Source: Porphyridium purpureum (Eukaryota). Taken from it: DNA of 64,000 bases. The position numbers were made by a program, and so were the translations under genes. Below, one piece after another: positions 10,201 through 20,918 of the stretch. How positions within the stretch are numbered: the stretch's first letter is position 1; the number at the start of each line of letters is the position of its first letter. The notes beneath the pieces are model-generated. The model was not told the origin of the DNA. It did no database searches and worked only from the letters and a program-made list of their open reading frames with translations. Where the stretch lies: positions 310,001 to 374,000 of the forward strand of contig VRMN01000005.1 in assembly GCA_008690995.1 (NCBI GenBank). Reading direction: 5' to 3'.

Positions 10201-12320
10201 ATGAAGTACACGTGACCGTTGTCCTTCACAAGATCTACCTGACATGAGCGATCGAGCGCCAGGATCTTTCCCCAAATAAAGACGAGCTCCTGGCGAAGCT
10301 CCGCGGCGGGTGATTGGAGCAGCTTGAGCACGTATGGAAAAATGCCCACCGACAGAGCGAGGTCAATTGCCCAGGAGCCCATTTGAAGAAACCGTGACAA
10401 TAATCGTAACGCCCGCAGCCGGTGCACCTGTGAGAGTAGGACTTGCAGCACGATAGGAAGCTGCTCCGGCGGGTTGCGCTCTTGGGGACCCATTGACAAC
10501 CATACCTCAAAAGCAGTCATCTGATCCTCGAAGAACGGATTGCTTGTGTACTGGTATTCGAGGCTTTCAGCCATGCTGCCATGAGTCCCAGTACTAACAC
10601 CGCTTCCCGTCGCAAAAGCGTGCGCCATGGGTGCCTGCCATGCGGATGTCAAGGCAGACAGTCGTGGCGCTGCACCATTTGTGGCAACACCCACAGCAGC
10701 GACTCTAACACCAGACCCAGCACCACTACCAACACCTACACCCGCAGGTTGGGGGCCCGGATTGGGGCGCGGCATTCTAGAGATGGCTTGCTCTTCTGCA
10801 GCCAAGAGAGCTGGCAGCTGCGCCAGACATTGTTCGACTGTGTAATCCCAAGCTTGCCAGAGATGATGATTGTGTGTAGGAGGAAGCGCCGGTTCACTGA
10901 TTGGTGTGCAGTTGGCGGACCAAAGAATGCGCTCAGCGAGCAGAAAGTTCCGAAACAGCGACGCCACCAGAAGATCCTGGCGAAACAAGCGCTTGAAAAG
11001 CGGCCTCGGTAGCACATTCCAGGCAATGGTGTCCGTAATTGCGGTGAAGATCCAGTTGAGCTCGCCCAGCGGTGTCTTGCGATCGTTCAAGCGCCCTGGA
11101 ATGCGATCGAGAAGTTCCACGTTCACATTTTGAAGCAAAGAGCGTGGGGCAAACCACCGCACCGCCGTTTTAATAGGCGTGGTCAGGCATGACGTGAACA
11201 GATCGGCCGGCAGATCAGGGTTGGTCGGTAGAACTTCATTTCCTTGGCAAGCTGCCAACAATATACAGTCCCGGAACGACGAGTGCCTCACCGGAGGCGC
11301 TGCTGCACCAGCTGCTGCCGCCGCCGCTGCCGCCGCCGCTCTACTCGACGCCGAATCATTTCGCGCCTGGTCACGCAGCTGCTCGCGATGCTGTCCCGTC
11401 CGAGGTGCCTCCGAAGCACGACCTCGTTGCGAGAGTTGCTGCTGCTGTTCATGAGAGCCGGATTCCGAGCTGCTGTTCTGATGCGCTAAACTCCATGCTT
11501 GCTGCTCGGCTTCTCGCTGGAGCGCAAACTGCTTAAATGCCGACACAATCAGTCCAGCACCCGAGCAGTCAAACACGTAAATGGAGGGTGTGTCCATCCA
11601 AGTCTGAAGATCGTAGACGCTGAGTGGGATGTATTGCGTATAGTTCTTGTTGAATACCCATATTTCGCCGTTTGGGGTGGGTCGTGGGACACCGTGGCCG
11701 TTGTAGTGAAACAGCACGCGCTCCTCCTTGGCAGTCTTGCGCGAAGCCATGCATAATTTTTTGACCTCGTCCACCGTCGGATCTGTGGCGGTCTTGTACC
11801 GTGCGCGAGGTTGCCAACGCTCGTACTGGAGCTGTAGGCTCTTTGCAATGGAGTCTAGCGCCTTTTGTGGTGGTAGCGAGTACGGGTTGATCCAGCACTC
11901 AAGCCGCGCACACGGATCAGGCTTGACAACGTCTGGAGGGTCAACGCCAATGTTGAGGCACAGAAAAAGCGCTACGCTGACTGTTTTCATGCGGTCACGG
12001 ACGCGCCACGGCTGCACCTCGCGTTTCTCGTTGGCAAACGCCGCGCTGCCACCAGAGGACGCCACGAGGCGAAAGTTGGAAGGATCTTGCTTCTGCAGCT
12101 GCATGATCAAGCCGCCGCCGGCGCCAATCACATGCGGTGCTTCGGCGCGTTTCTGTGCGAGTGCCGGCGGCGCGTCGTCGTGCATCGTCGCGTGCACAAA
12201 CAGCGGCTCTTGCTCTTGATACTCTGCTTCATCTCCCCCACCGCCACCCGCTTGCCGCCTCCGCACTTGCTGTTGCTGCTGCTGCTGCAGGTGCTGCTCC
12301 TGCGGCGACAACTCCATCAT
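7284..12320 (-). CDS. RAPTOR: Regulatory-associated protein of TOR (Raptor/Kog1)
   Basis: RNC domain ([38 protein letters not shown]), [26 protein letters not shown] repeats and C-terminal WD40 repeats. Confidence 0.97.
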   Translation of the reverse strand: MMELSPQEQHLQQQQQQQVRRRQAGGGGGDEAEYQEQEPLFVHATMHDDAPPALAQKRAEAPHVIGAGGGLIMQLQKQDPSNFRLVASSGGSAAFANEKREVQPWRVRDRMKTVSVALFLCLNIGVDPPDVVKPDPCARLECWINPYSLPPQKALDSIAKSLQLQYERWQPRARYKTATDPTVDEVKKLCMASRKTAKEERVLFHYNGHGVPRPTPNGEIWVFNKNYTQYIPLSVYDLQTWMDTPSIYVFDCSGAGLIVSAFKQFALQREAEQQAWSLAHQNSSSESGSHEQQQQLSQRGRASEAPRTGQHREQLRDQARNDSASSRAAAAAAAAAAGAAAPPVRHSSFRDCILLAACQGNEVLPTNPDLPADLFTSCLTTPIKTAVRWFAPRSLLQNVNVELLDRIPGRLNDRKTPLGELNWIFTAITDTIAWNVLPRPLFKRLFRQDLLVASLFRNFLLAERILWSANCTPISEPALPPTHNHHLWQAWDYTVEQCLAQLPALLAAEEQAISRMPRPNPGPQPAGVGVGSGAGSGVRVAAVGVATNGAAPRLSALTSAWQAPMAHAFATGSGVSTGTHGSMAESLEYQYTSNPFFEDQMTAFEVWLSMGPQERNPPEQLPIVLQVLLSQVHRLRALRLLSRFLQMGSWAIDLALSVGIFPYVLKLLQSPAAELRQELVFIWGKILALDRSCQVDLVKDNGHVYFIEFLGKGYSSSSSSAVHVAMAAFVLSTVASDAPEKCASDPQFVTGCLRRLSDPHPLVRRWCLFCLSQFIAYSSEYVDDVYRNPELLQTVFDLQRNDPFPEVRAAASILLGNAFIGTYRYLSLQAHQFAAALASSSQSRADDEFLQPEDGGYSVSKGIQDSGRDHDGQQQLLDFDNDSGLQNVLDSDGDEVADDLMRKLGALPDPRIQEFANLCLQMLDHFATTICDDEASPLCRREVALISSRIIESRAAEMAALLDARVVTASRGVREQYPDGIDMDTREAGLAASTGMMSGNASSDLGLDRLIMMRLWSIINVVSSDAHPVIAFVGYECVSLVESLLPKDSNARRLFLRSCNNASNAPPGLQPHGKVATGGRIGAQSAADRLKDEDSVHHGHDSLPRVLSFEAVGSLFQRLFNPNRPQNSIHGIGGDLGGSSAAGHMHGQGGGVKGPGARSFVDQWGFDVSTRAELQRALAQIPSLYEWSCREILSIEMDMDDRSSSTGGMGMYEASVFAQHHLAHGNHGSMSMTSPVWSSSTTLSVPESPPVEAVLSSTTTGSFGGMMPISGAAGLAVGSMGGGEHQHHIAKMDEVASFETMQGGIWSMAFAEHHPLLAMGTSTGTVMVFDIEKWSKKDILGVPRLKDSLRYGVTSLSVTGAPCEEPVYACSSADGQVALWRKDQVSERVFFLSAFHAASRTAELDLLNVQQSYNRLRPSASRLGLWARSNSTSSSQNPAIPTSSSPSVGTETGYGCAMHWSGMHEYMITGGCERSLVRLWDMHTETCAWKSAVLSEDAFVASVLGGDPRNEYMRDAYVVGGSDGSLVVLDSRTQGGDGRVTVAPRAHKVPVVALGVDDSRASRIGERQLLYSADFCGLVNVWDFRMMGRGVIRSINAHPGKLTSMVVRPVDHSPLITGSANRSIKFLSSTGDVRKEIKFHEGFLSTRIGPVTSLAYNPGKSMLAAGFGDSIVSFYGGT

Positions 12321-12414
12321 AGCTCCCCCTCGTGCTCCCGAAACAGTTCACACCACCCCTCCTCTCATCTGCTCCTTCCGTTTCCTTCCTGCTTATTCGT
12401 CCTGCTCAATTTTC

Positions 12415-12527
12415 ACTGTACATACTGTACCCTGTCAGCGCCATTTTCCCCCCTGGTTTAGTGTACCTCTTCACTGTACTTATTTCACCTGGTTCAACTG
12501 TACCATGATATGCTTACGGAGTACAGT
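12415..12527. promoter_or_regulatory. Cluster of five ACTGTAC/GTACAGT motifs in the Raptor/LYRM1 divergent gap
   Basis: Copies at 12415, 12424, 12473, 12497 and 12521. Three read TTCACTGTAC. Confidence 0.6.
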
Positions 12528-12637
12528 GAAAGATTCATTTGCTTAATGAGTTGGAAGGGAGGACAGATTAAAGCAGCAGACGGCTGCGGGGGAGAGAATA
12601 GGTCTTGGTGCTTCCGGGTTCAAAGCAGTGTCACAAC

Positions 12638-13021
12638 ATGGCGTCAGCAGTCGTAGTGAAGGGCTCTGCGCACACGCGCGCCATTTCCTTGTTCAGGAAG
12701 ATCATGCGGGCGGCGCACCGCTGGGAGGCGCCCGACGAGCGTGAGTATATTCGCAAGGAGGCATACACCTTATTCCGCCAGAACAGCGGCCTGACGGACG
12801 CTGAGCAAATCGAGGCAAAGCTGCACGAGGCGACCACGCGCCTGGAACTGGGACTGTACTACGGTATTCCGTATCCGCGCCCGACATACACGTTCCCGGG
12901 CGCCACGGGCCAGGAGACCGAGGGCGTCCAGCCCGACTACATGCATTCAAAGCGCTCAATGCGCGAGCCGCAGGGCGCTTTGCCGTCTCCTCTCAAGCAA
13001 AAGCTTCCCAAGTACGACTAG
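12638..13021 (+). CDS. LYRM1: LYR motif-containing protein 1-like (mitochondrial)
   Basis: SLFRKIMRAAHRW, EREYIRKEAYTLFRQN and LELGLYYGIPYPRP. Confidence 0.85.
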   Translation: MASAVVVKGSAHTRAISLFRKIMRAAHRWEAPDEREYIRKEAYTLFRQNSGLTDAEQIEAKLHEATTRLELGLYYGIPYPRPTYTFPGATGQETEGVQPDYMHSKRSMREPQGALPSPLKQKLPKYD

Positions 13022-14134
13022 CCAATGCGCATTGCAAATATTGATATACTTCTGCGAGTTCCCATATCACTTGATGTATAAACCCTCGAGGCGTCAGCAG
13101 CGCAGTCTGTGCGCGCTACGCTGGACCATTGGGTTGATCAAACTTTGGCTGCTAGGATACGGACCATGTCATGTGCTTTGAAGCGGCCACCTTCTATGGA
13201 TTGTACGGGTCAGCGACATTGTGTCCAATCCGTCCTAATTTCGTTCTTGTGACGGGCATCTGTTCAACTTGATGCAACAATTGCTTCTTGGATCTCTGCG
13301 TCTGTGGTTTCATGCTTCTGTGAGTTGACAAAGTACCAGAAGGTCAGGCGCCAATCAGCACCGGCCTCGTTATTCCGGGCTGAAAGGTAAACTGGCTGTT
13401 ATTTAACCAACGACATAATCCACAGACTCCGATTCTACAATGCTTTGCTTCGGACTTGGTCTTTTATTTGTAAAATCATTTCTTGGATGGTATACAAAGA
13501 CAAGAAAGCGCAAACTCTCGAGCGGCATCAAGCCAGCAAGTATCATTGCAGGTGCCTGGGAGCGACAATATGACTTTTCTTGGCGATCAGATGCGCATGC
13601 ACGCAATTATCCTCGTGTCGGACCCGACCCATGGGCGTCGTAGATGTATGAGAACAAGCGTACGAGTATATGGAAAGCAGTGAGCTTCGCCGTTCGCGAC
13701 GCTGCGTCATGGTCAAAAGTATCGACGAAAGCTCGTGCCAGCTTTTCTCTGGAGCCTTTCCACAGCCGCACAGGCATATGACACGCTGTTGGTTGTCCTT
13801 CGATGGTGGTATTATTGCGATCAGAAAGTATACTCACTAGGACGGCATCCCGACGCCGTTGAAGATCAGCAGAGCTATTCGATTCGGAGGGTGGCCGCGA
13901 TCGATGCTTCCCTATGCTTGACTGTTCGACTCGGGGGCCGGCAGGGTGCCGTCTCGAAAATGAGCCAGGTTCGACGGCGAAGCGTGCGCAAAGGTGCTAT
14001 GAAAGTGAGCTCGTCCATATACTGGTCGCGTGATATGCATCAAGACCGACCACCATCATGACTGCTGCCAACAATGAAGAGACTTGGGGGCCCTGGCGCG
14101 AGGCCTCTGCTTCTTCGGACCCACCAGCGCCGTT

Positions 14135-15721
14135 TTATCCAGAAACTTGCTGATAGAATAACAGGTAGGGTTGCCGCTTGAGCACAGCATCTGATGAAGC
14201 TCGAGAGAGCCGACTATCGTCGCATGCTACCCACTCAGTGCCCTGGAACACATCGCACGTGTAATGCCCTCCAGCAACCTCGACGCCGTGGTGAATCACC
14301 ACGGCAAACAGGCGGTATGAACGATTTTGTCCATGCTGCGCGCTGGTACGTACGGTGCTGAAGAGCGTCGGCGATAGAGTGAGGCGTTCAGGGTACGAAA
14401 TGCGCTTACTCACTTTGGCCGGCTGGAGTGTTTCCGGATTGTACGAGAATCGTTTTAGGTGCACGATGAGCACATGCGGCGACGATTCAATCATGAAGTG
14501 CTTGCGCGCTTCGACGGCCTCCCGGGTTAGCTCTGATCGGTACCCCTCCACCGTCTCCGGCTCAAAGTAAAGCTGGAGAGCGTCCTCTAGTGAGCGGATC
14601 TTGCGGTCTCCAATTTCAAGCTGCAGGCACATGAAAGGCTCGCGAGTCACAGAAGGCTTGGAGTTAGGCCACCGGAGCTCACTGCGCATGACACCGCCAA
14701 AGATTTCAGTCACGGCGCTTTGCTGGAGAACAGCTGTCGAGCGGATATGCACCGCACCCCGTCCTTTTCGGCCAACCTCTTCCCAGCCTTCAACATCTGC
14801 GGCATCAGCCCTGCCATGACCGCCACTGGTTCCCGTTTCCTCCCATTCCTGATTGTCCCCACCATTTGCAAGCGTCGCATCAGCCATCACGACCTTGCCC
14901 AACTTAATGAACTCCTCATGCAGTGCATTCAAAACGTGCGTCAAGAATTCTTGCGCATCTTCTTGACTACCACGATTCATCATCTCTGCAACCACGCTGT
15001 GCTCCACCGCTTCGTACAAGTAATCAGGTCTTAGCGACTCACGATTCAGCCAAGCGCGCTCCCTTTGCTTTGCACTCTCGAGCTTTTCAAGCTCTCCCGG
15101 TCGCGCCACCACTTCCTTCACTAGGCGCGAAAACTTGGCGAGTAAGGGTGCGCGATTCAACGGGTGCTCATGCTCTGGCGACGCGCCAACTTGAAGCATG
15201 AGCTCTCGAAAAGGTACGCACGCAAGTAATACCTGGGCAATCACATTGATGAAACACGTATTGCCAATATTTACAAACCCGCGTGGAAAGTAGGTCCGCA
15301 CATCTGGCGGGAGAGCTGCACCACGTCTCTCGCCATGCTCATCGAAAAGCGGTCTCAACCACGTCGGTCGGTTGTCTTTCCTGATTTCGGCGACGGGATC
15401 TTCATCAAAATCACCACTCTGCCCTGTTTCGTTTCTCGGTAGCACCTGTCCCTCGACGGCATTTCCGTCACCGTGCGAATGCACCATGACATCGGCCATC
15501 ACGTCATGTCTTTCGTTCCCTCTCGCAATGCTCGCCCACGACCGGCACTTGTCGCTCGGCACGTGATCGCTCGCGACATTTTTGCCAACACCCTCATCTC
15601 CTGCATCGACGAAGCTTGCCTCGGGCAGCGCACCTCGCGGCTGCTCTATCGACGGCGACACGTCGCGGTGGTCGAGCAGCAGTGCATTCCACTCCTCAAC
15701 AGTCCGCCGCCCAAAAATCAT
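14135..15721 (-). CDS. Ubiquitin carboxyl-terminal hydrolase, USP10/UBP24/Ubp3-like
   Basis: Cys box PRGFVNIGNTCF, QEDAQEFL, His box HHGVEVAGGHYT and PYLLFY. Start placed at MIFG. Confidence 0.9.
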   Translation of the reverse strand: MIFGRRTVEEWNALLLDHRDVSPSIEQPRGALPEASFVDAGDEGVGKNVASDHVPSDKCRSWASIARGNERHDVMADVMVHSHGDGNAVEGQVLPRNETGQSGDFDEDPVAEIRKDNRPTWLRPLFDEHGERRGAALPPDVRTYFPRGFVNIGNTCFINVIAQVLLACVPFRELMLQVGASPEHEHPLNRAPLLAKFSRLVKEVVARPGELEKLESAKQRERAWLNRESLRPDYLYEAVEHSVVAEMMNRGSQEDAQEFLTHVLNALHEEFIKLGKVVMADATLANGGDNQEWEETGTSGGHGRADAADVEGWEEVGRKGRGAVHIRSTAVLQQSAVTEIFGGVMRSELRWPNSKPSVTREPFMCLQLEIGDRKIRSLEDALQLYFEPETVEGYRSELTREAVEARKHFMIESSPHVLIVHLKRFSYNPETLQPAKVSKRISYPERLTLSPTLFSTVRTSAQHGQNRSYRLFAVVIHHGVEVAGGHYTCDVFQGTEWVACDDSRLSRASSDAVLKRQPYLLFYQQVSG

Positions 15722-15972
15722 CGCATCTACGCACACCGCGCAGACATCTTTCCGTAGCCAAGCGTGCTGTCGGTCTGTCTGTCGATTGCGCGTCGGCAAC
15801 GCAGACTCCCCTGGCGCACCACGCTTGACCGCCCAACCTCGCCGTCCAGCTCCTTGCTCTTTCGCAACACGAGCGCGAGCCGACGTGCACACGGCACAAA
15901 CGCTTTCTCAAAATTTTAATAGAAAAAAATGAGTTAAATAAGCATAAATAATGTGTTAAATAATGATGAGCA

Positions 15973-18540
15973 TCACCGGGTGTCGCGGTGTGCGCCTGCC
16001 AAGCGCCGAATGACGCTCACCAAGAGTTTGGTGCTCTCTGCGCTCCATTCGGACAGTCGGCCGGACATCCAGTCGATAATGGCATTCTGCACTGGTTCTG
16101 GAAGAGCGTCGCCGCACGTTTGAGCGGCAGCGTGCAGAAGGTCACGATGCGATCGCCGCAGAGACACATGAGGCGTCTCCACAAGCACCCACACACACAG
16201 CGATACAAGCTGCACACGACTCGCTTCAAATTTCTCGTGCATGCTGCGAACTTGATGGTGACGCCCAGCGTCATGAAGCTTCTCCATCGTTGCCCGCCCC
16301 GATATCGTATGCTGCGCAGTGGTGGACTCGAGTCGATTCAGACGCAGAAGCGCGCCGTGCAGAAAGTACGCGTGGTGCTTCCATGTGTTAGGTTTCCATG
16401 CTACCCCGCGTGCACCCGCTTCTTCTGCCGTATGAGGTCCTAGCGCTTCCTTCGGGAAAAAGGCTTTCATGACTACACGGTCTACGTCAGCCTTGAGCTC
16501 AACGCGGCGCGCCATCGGCTCGCTATTGCGCAACACGAAAATGTAGAACATGAAAGCCGGGAGCACTCCAAGATCCCAAAATTCCGAAAGACGATTTAGA
16601 ACTGCCGTTGCCCAGCACACAGCGAGCGGGAAGCGTGGCTGCACACCAAGAAAGTAGTGGGAGCTTGCGACACGCAAGAGCTCGGATGGCGTCCACATCT
16701 CACTCTGTGGAAGGAACACGGTCCCCCACAAATGAGCCACTTGTTTCTTGGGCTGGAAGCGCGTCATGGGCTGCATCGCCCTTGCCATACTCTCCAAAAA
16801 GGCCACGGGATCGCGATTTCCGACAAAGCTGGTGCTCTGTTCTTCCCTCCCCTCCACGGCAAGACACTCCAGCTCAAGTCGCCGGAGAATTGCCCCGGCA
16901 AAATGATCGCCAGGCGTTGCATCCAGTGGAAAACCGCGCTTCGCCCACAATTCGCCCAAATGGATCAATTGCTCCAGAGACACCAATTCAAGGTCTGGAT
17001 GCAGGAGAAGAAGCGCGTCTACCATTTTGATCAGTGATATATGCTCATACTGCGTCGAAAGATCCGGGCGCCTCATCAGCGATGCATGCAAAACTGTTTC
17101 TGCCTGGCATAGTTGCAAAAGGTCCATCCGACCGACAACGCGCTCGAAGACTGCAATCACAGTCTCATAGTATGCTTCAGGTACCATTTGGCCCGAAAGT
17201 CGCTCAAGTGCAGCTGTCACTCCCAACAAATCACAAACAAGGTTTTGTACTCCGAACAGCTTTAAATCCAACCTCGTCAATTCGTTCACAGCGGTATGTC
17301 CGCATGCACTTCCTTGGTTTTGATCCTCTGCGCTGCAAGTCGGCTCCACGTCTGTTCGGTTCGTGCACGCAGTGAGCCACTCCTTCATACTGCGAATTGC
17401 ATATCCTAAGACACGCGCGAACATCATATTATCTCCGGATAGTACATCCTCGCGAAGGAGAAGCAACATGTACAAGCCCGAATGCACGGCTTGCACGGTC
17501 GGCAAATGTACCGTGTGTTCGATTGCGTCTCGCACGCTGAGCAGCTTATACTGCACAAGCTTTTCTGCTGGATCTCTTGCCTTTAGCGACAACCAAAGTA
17601 ACATAAGCCGGTCCATCCCAATGGTTTCCACATTTGTGGAAGCAATCGCGCCAACTTGGCCAGTATTTTCATTCGGCCAAATTTTGAGACGTGCGAGAAA
17701 TTCAGAAAGCTCTGCGAATCGTCTGAGGTAGACATGCGGAATCCGTAACTCGTGTGTATGAATAAAGTGGGCGAGCGCATCGAGCTCGGGACGCGATGCG
17801 CTTGGAAGTTTCTCGCACATTCGCTCAAAGACCCACTCGGACAAGAGACGCGACGAGTCTCGCGCTCCCGGAACAAGCTTCAAAAAGCGCATCATGAAAT
17901 TCAAGTAGAGTGCTAAAGTTTGATGCTCTGCACTGACCCGCTCTATCTTGTTCTGCGCGCCTTGCGGCCACACGTTGTCGAGAAAGCGTGCGGGAAGAAA
18001 CACACTGCAAGCTTGCAAGCGCCGATACGTTTCACAAAGGTATGCAAAATCCTGGGACCAGAGCATGTCGTCGTGCAAAAGTTGATCCAGATACGATACA
18101 ATTCCAGACACCTCGAGACGGCTCTGTACGCGAAGTGTACGAGGTGTGAGGTTCCGCAGGCGGAAAGCGAAAGCGCTCGTAAAGCATTCCAGCTCGTGCA
18201 GCCACGCATTCAAATCGCGTTCCTGAGCGGATAAGGGCCTACTGGCGTTCACAGCAAAGGCCACTCTCGACTCGTACGAGTCCATCCACGCCTCCATTTC
18301 ACCAGGAAGAGCATCGCAGAGATCCTGTTCCTTCACAAACGCGGAATACTTCCGCACAAGCTCAAGATCCAAGGAGTCATCAATGCTCAGCCGCGAGCGC
18401 ATCCATGCGCGCCACAGGGGCGCAATTTTATCCTGCAGCCCTGCCTTCTTGCCTCCGCCGCCAAACACAGTTCGCGAGGCGGCGTCGTGGTCGTCCGAGT
18501 CCGACCCGGACGGGCTTCCTGAAACAAATGCACACGACAT
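15973..18540 (-). CDS. Hypothetical helical-repeat protein, possibly organelle-targeted
   Basis: Long uninterrupted ORF. First plausible start is MSCAFVSG (transit-peptide-like). Degenerate helical repeats. Confidence 0.7.
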   Translation of the reverse strand: MSCAFVSGSPSGSDSDDHDAASRTVFGGGGKKAGLQDKIAPLWRAWMRSRLSIDDSLDLELVRKYSAFVKEQDLCDALPGEMEAWMDSYESRVAFAVNASRPLSAQERDLNAWLHELECFTSAFAFRLRNLTPRTLRVQSRLEVSGIVSYLDQLLHDDMLWSQDFAYLCETYRRLQACSVFLPARFLDNVWPQGAQNKIERVSAEHQTLALYLNFMMRFLKLVPGARDSSRLLSEWVFERMCEKLPSASRPELDALAHFIHTHELRIPHVYLRRFAELSEFLARLKIWPNENTGQVGAIASTNVETIGMDRLMLLWLSLKARDPAEKLVQYKLLSVRDAIEHTVHLPTVQAVHSGLYMLLLLREDVLSGDNMMFARVLGYAIRSMKEWLTACTNRTDVEPTCSAEDQNQGSACGHTAVNELTRLDLKLFGVQNLVCDLLGVTAALERLSGQMVPEAYYETVIAVFERVVGRMDLLQLCQAETVLHASLMRRPDLSTQYEHISLIKMVDALLLLHPDLELVSLEQLIHLGELWAKRGFPLDATPGDHFAGAILRRLELECLAVEGREEQSTSFVGNRDPVAFLESMARAMQPMTRFQPKKQVAHLWGTVFLPQSEMWTPSELLRVASSHYFLGVQPRFPLAVCWATAVLNRLSEFWDLGVLPAFMFYIFVLRNSEPMARRVELKADVDRVVMKAFFPKEALGPHTAEEAGARGVAWKPNTWKHHAYFLHGALLRLNRLESTTAQHTISGRATMEKLHDAGRHHQVRSMHEKFEASRVQLVSLCVWVLVETPHVSLRRSHRDLLHAAAQTCGDALPEPVQNAIIDWMSGRLSEWSAESTKLLVSVIRRLAGAHRDTR

Positions 18541-19221
18541 CCGCGTTCGAAGATCAAGTATTCCGCTTTCATTCGGAGCGCTTTTGCTTGCCCTCCACTT
18601 GGCGGGCGGCCTTGGGCTCTTTGAGAAAGGCACGCTGAGCCTTCGCTCGCACAAGTCTGCCGTGAACATTACCGAGTCGGTCGCAGGCCAGCATGATCCG
18701 TACACTGACTGCTGGAACGTAAACTTCTCCAGCCACCAACATCGCCGGCGCCGCCATCGCCACCACCGCCAGCGCACAGATCCCATCGCGCGTCAATCCT
18801 AAGCCAACAGCTCACGGCTCCCGCACCCATCATCCTCGCCGCGCGTGCCGCTTCTCTTCGCCCAACCCACACAGCTCAAGCTCGCGCTCTTTGAAAACCG
18901 CGCAGCTAGGGTATCTCAACCCTAATTTACCCTAGCAGTTTCTACTGTACCTCCAAAAACGAAACCAACTGAACACCCTCGCGGCGGGCGTCGAACGGCA
19001 GCGAGCAGCCGAGCGGATGAACGGCACAAAGGTGCAAGGACGGAAAAGAGAAAGCTGTGGCAATCATGGCGCTGTTGCTGTGGTGCGTCGCTGCGCCACC
19101 GCTGACGGTGCGGGGCGCGCAGCAGGTCGTGTTTTCTTCGACAGAGCGTGCGCAGTGGAACGAGGTTGACTCAGGAGATGTGAAGCGCGCGCGTGCTCGG
19201 TGTAGAACAGGTGTGATAGGG

Positions 19222-20727
19222 ATGACAGTCTCGCCGCGTGAGGAGCATCAAGTGAACACGCAAGGCGATAAGAGTGGGAGCGATGAGGTGAATGACCCCT
19301 TCTCTAATTATGTGAGCCCGCTGTCGACGCGGTACGCGTCTGAGCAGATGCGGCGCGTGTTTTCTGACCGAAACCGTTTCCGGATTTGGCGCAAGCTATG
19401 GATCTGGCTCGCGGAGAGCGAGCTTGAGCTAGAGACACAGGGCGTGACTGCATCACAGGTGCAAGCGCTCAAGGACGCGCCAGACGTGGATATTCATCTG
19501 GCGAACCAGTACGAGCGCAAATTGCGCCACGATGTGATGGCACATGTGCACGCATTCGGTGACCAAGTGCCGGAATCCGCAGGCATCATCCACCTTGGCG
19601 CCACCAGCTGTTTCATTACGGATAATTCGGAGCTCATTCAGTTTCGCGACGCGCTTGATTTGCTGATTCCGATGTTGTGGAGGAGCGTAGCGAATCTGGC
19701 CGTGTTTGCGCAGAGCTACGCCTCCATGCCCACGCTCGCGTACACCCACTTCCAGCCCGCGCAGCCAACGACTGTGGGCAAGCGCGCCACTCTCTGGCTG
19801 CAGGATTTGCTCATGGATGCGTTCGAGTTAGAAGCGCTGCGCGACAAAATTCGCGCGCGCGGCGTCAAAGGCACGACGGGCACGCAGGCCAGCTTTTTGA
19901 GCCTGTTTGACGGCGACCATGACAAGGTAAAACAGCTGGACGACATGGTCACGCGCAAGATGGGGTTTGCCAAAAAGTGGACCGTGACCGGACAGACCTA
20001 CACGCGCAAGCAAGACTTTTGGATTATTTGCGCCCTTGCTGGCGTCGGACAGAGTGCAGCGAAAATGGCAAACGACATTCGACTTTTGCAGCACAAGAAG
20101 GAGATCGAGGAACCCTTTGAGAGCACCCAAATTGGCTCAAGCGCGATGGCCTACAAGCGCAACCCCATGCGTTGCGAGCGCATCAACTCGCTGGCACGCT
20201 TTTTGCAAACGCTCGTGCTCAACCCGGCGGAAACCGCCTCGACGCAGTGGCTTGAGCGCACGCTAGATGACTCGGCCAACCGGCGCCTGGCCATGACCGA
20301 AGCATTCTTGACGACGGATGCGATTCTGCAGCTGGTGTTGAATGTGTCTAGTAATCTTGTGGTGAACGATAAGGTGGTGGCGAAACACCTGCAGGAGGAG
20401 CTACCGTTCATGGCGACGGAAAATATCATGATGGCTGCAACTCGCCGCGGAGGAAACCGGCAGCTCCTGCACGAAGAAATTCGCGTGCACTCCATGACAG
20501 CTGGTGCGCGGGTGAAGCAGGGTCTGGACAACAACTTGCTGCAGCTCATCGAGGAGAACGAGAATTTCAGCAGCGTGCATGCTGACCTCGAGGCACTGTG
20601 TGATCCTCAGCAGTTTGTCGGGCGCGCTCCCGAGCAAGTTGCCGAGTTCCTGGCGAGCGAAGTGATCCCGGAGCTCACGGCACGCGGCTTCTCGGTCGAA
20701 CGCGCGTCGGGAGACGTGCGCATTTAA
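19222..20727 (+). CDS. ADSL: Adenylosuccinate lyase
   Basis: YVSPLSTRYAS, RHDVMAHVH, IHLGATS and the fumarase-superfamily signature GSSAMAYKRNP. Start uncertain (an upstream in-frame ATG at 19066 is possible). Confidence 0.95.
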   Translation: MTVSPREEHQVNTQGDKSGSDEVNDPFSNYVSPLSTRYASEQMRRVFSDRNRFRIWRKLWIWLAESELELETQGVTASQVQALKDAPDVDIHLANQYERKLRHDVMAHVHAFGDQVPESAGIIHLGATSCFITDNSELIQFRDALDLLIPMLWRSVANLAVFAQSYASMPTLAYTHFQPAQPTTVGKRATLWLQDLLMDAFELEALRDKIRARGVKGTTGTQASFLSLFDGDHDKVKQLDDMVTRKMGFAKKWTVTGQTYTRKQDFWIICALAGVGQSAAKMANDIRLLQHKKEIEEPFESTQIGSSAMAYKRNPMRCERINSLARFLQTLVLNPAETASTQWLERTLDDSANRRLAMTEAFLTTDAILQLVLNVSSNLVVNDKVVAKHLQEELPFMATENIMMAATRRGGNRQLLHEEIRVHSMTAGARVKQGLDNNLLQLIEENENFSSVHADLEALCDPQQFVGRAPEQVAEFLASEVIPELTARGFSVERASGDVRI

Positions 20728-20918
20728 ACCGCTGGCGGCCAACTCCGTTATTCGTATGTAAGCTCACTAAAGCAGAAGCGTTATTCAAGTGTACCCAAAG
20801 TACAGCCCAGACGTTGTTTGTCGCGTGCGGGCGCACGAGCGCGAACCGCGTTGGCTACGGGCCTTCTGTTTGTGCGCTCGTGGTTCGGGCTCAGTGCGTC
20901 GCAGAAACCGTAGGTGGA

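Noticed and set aside
13022..14134. Hidden gene or ncRNA in the 1.1-kb LYRM1/USP convergent gap
   Set aside because: Only short ORFs without motifs and weak splice signals. No recognisable RNA structure, so long 3' UTRs are sufficient explanation.
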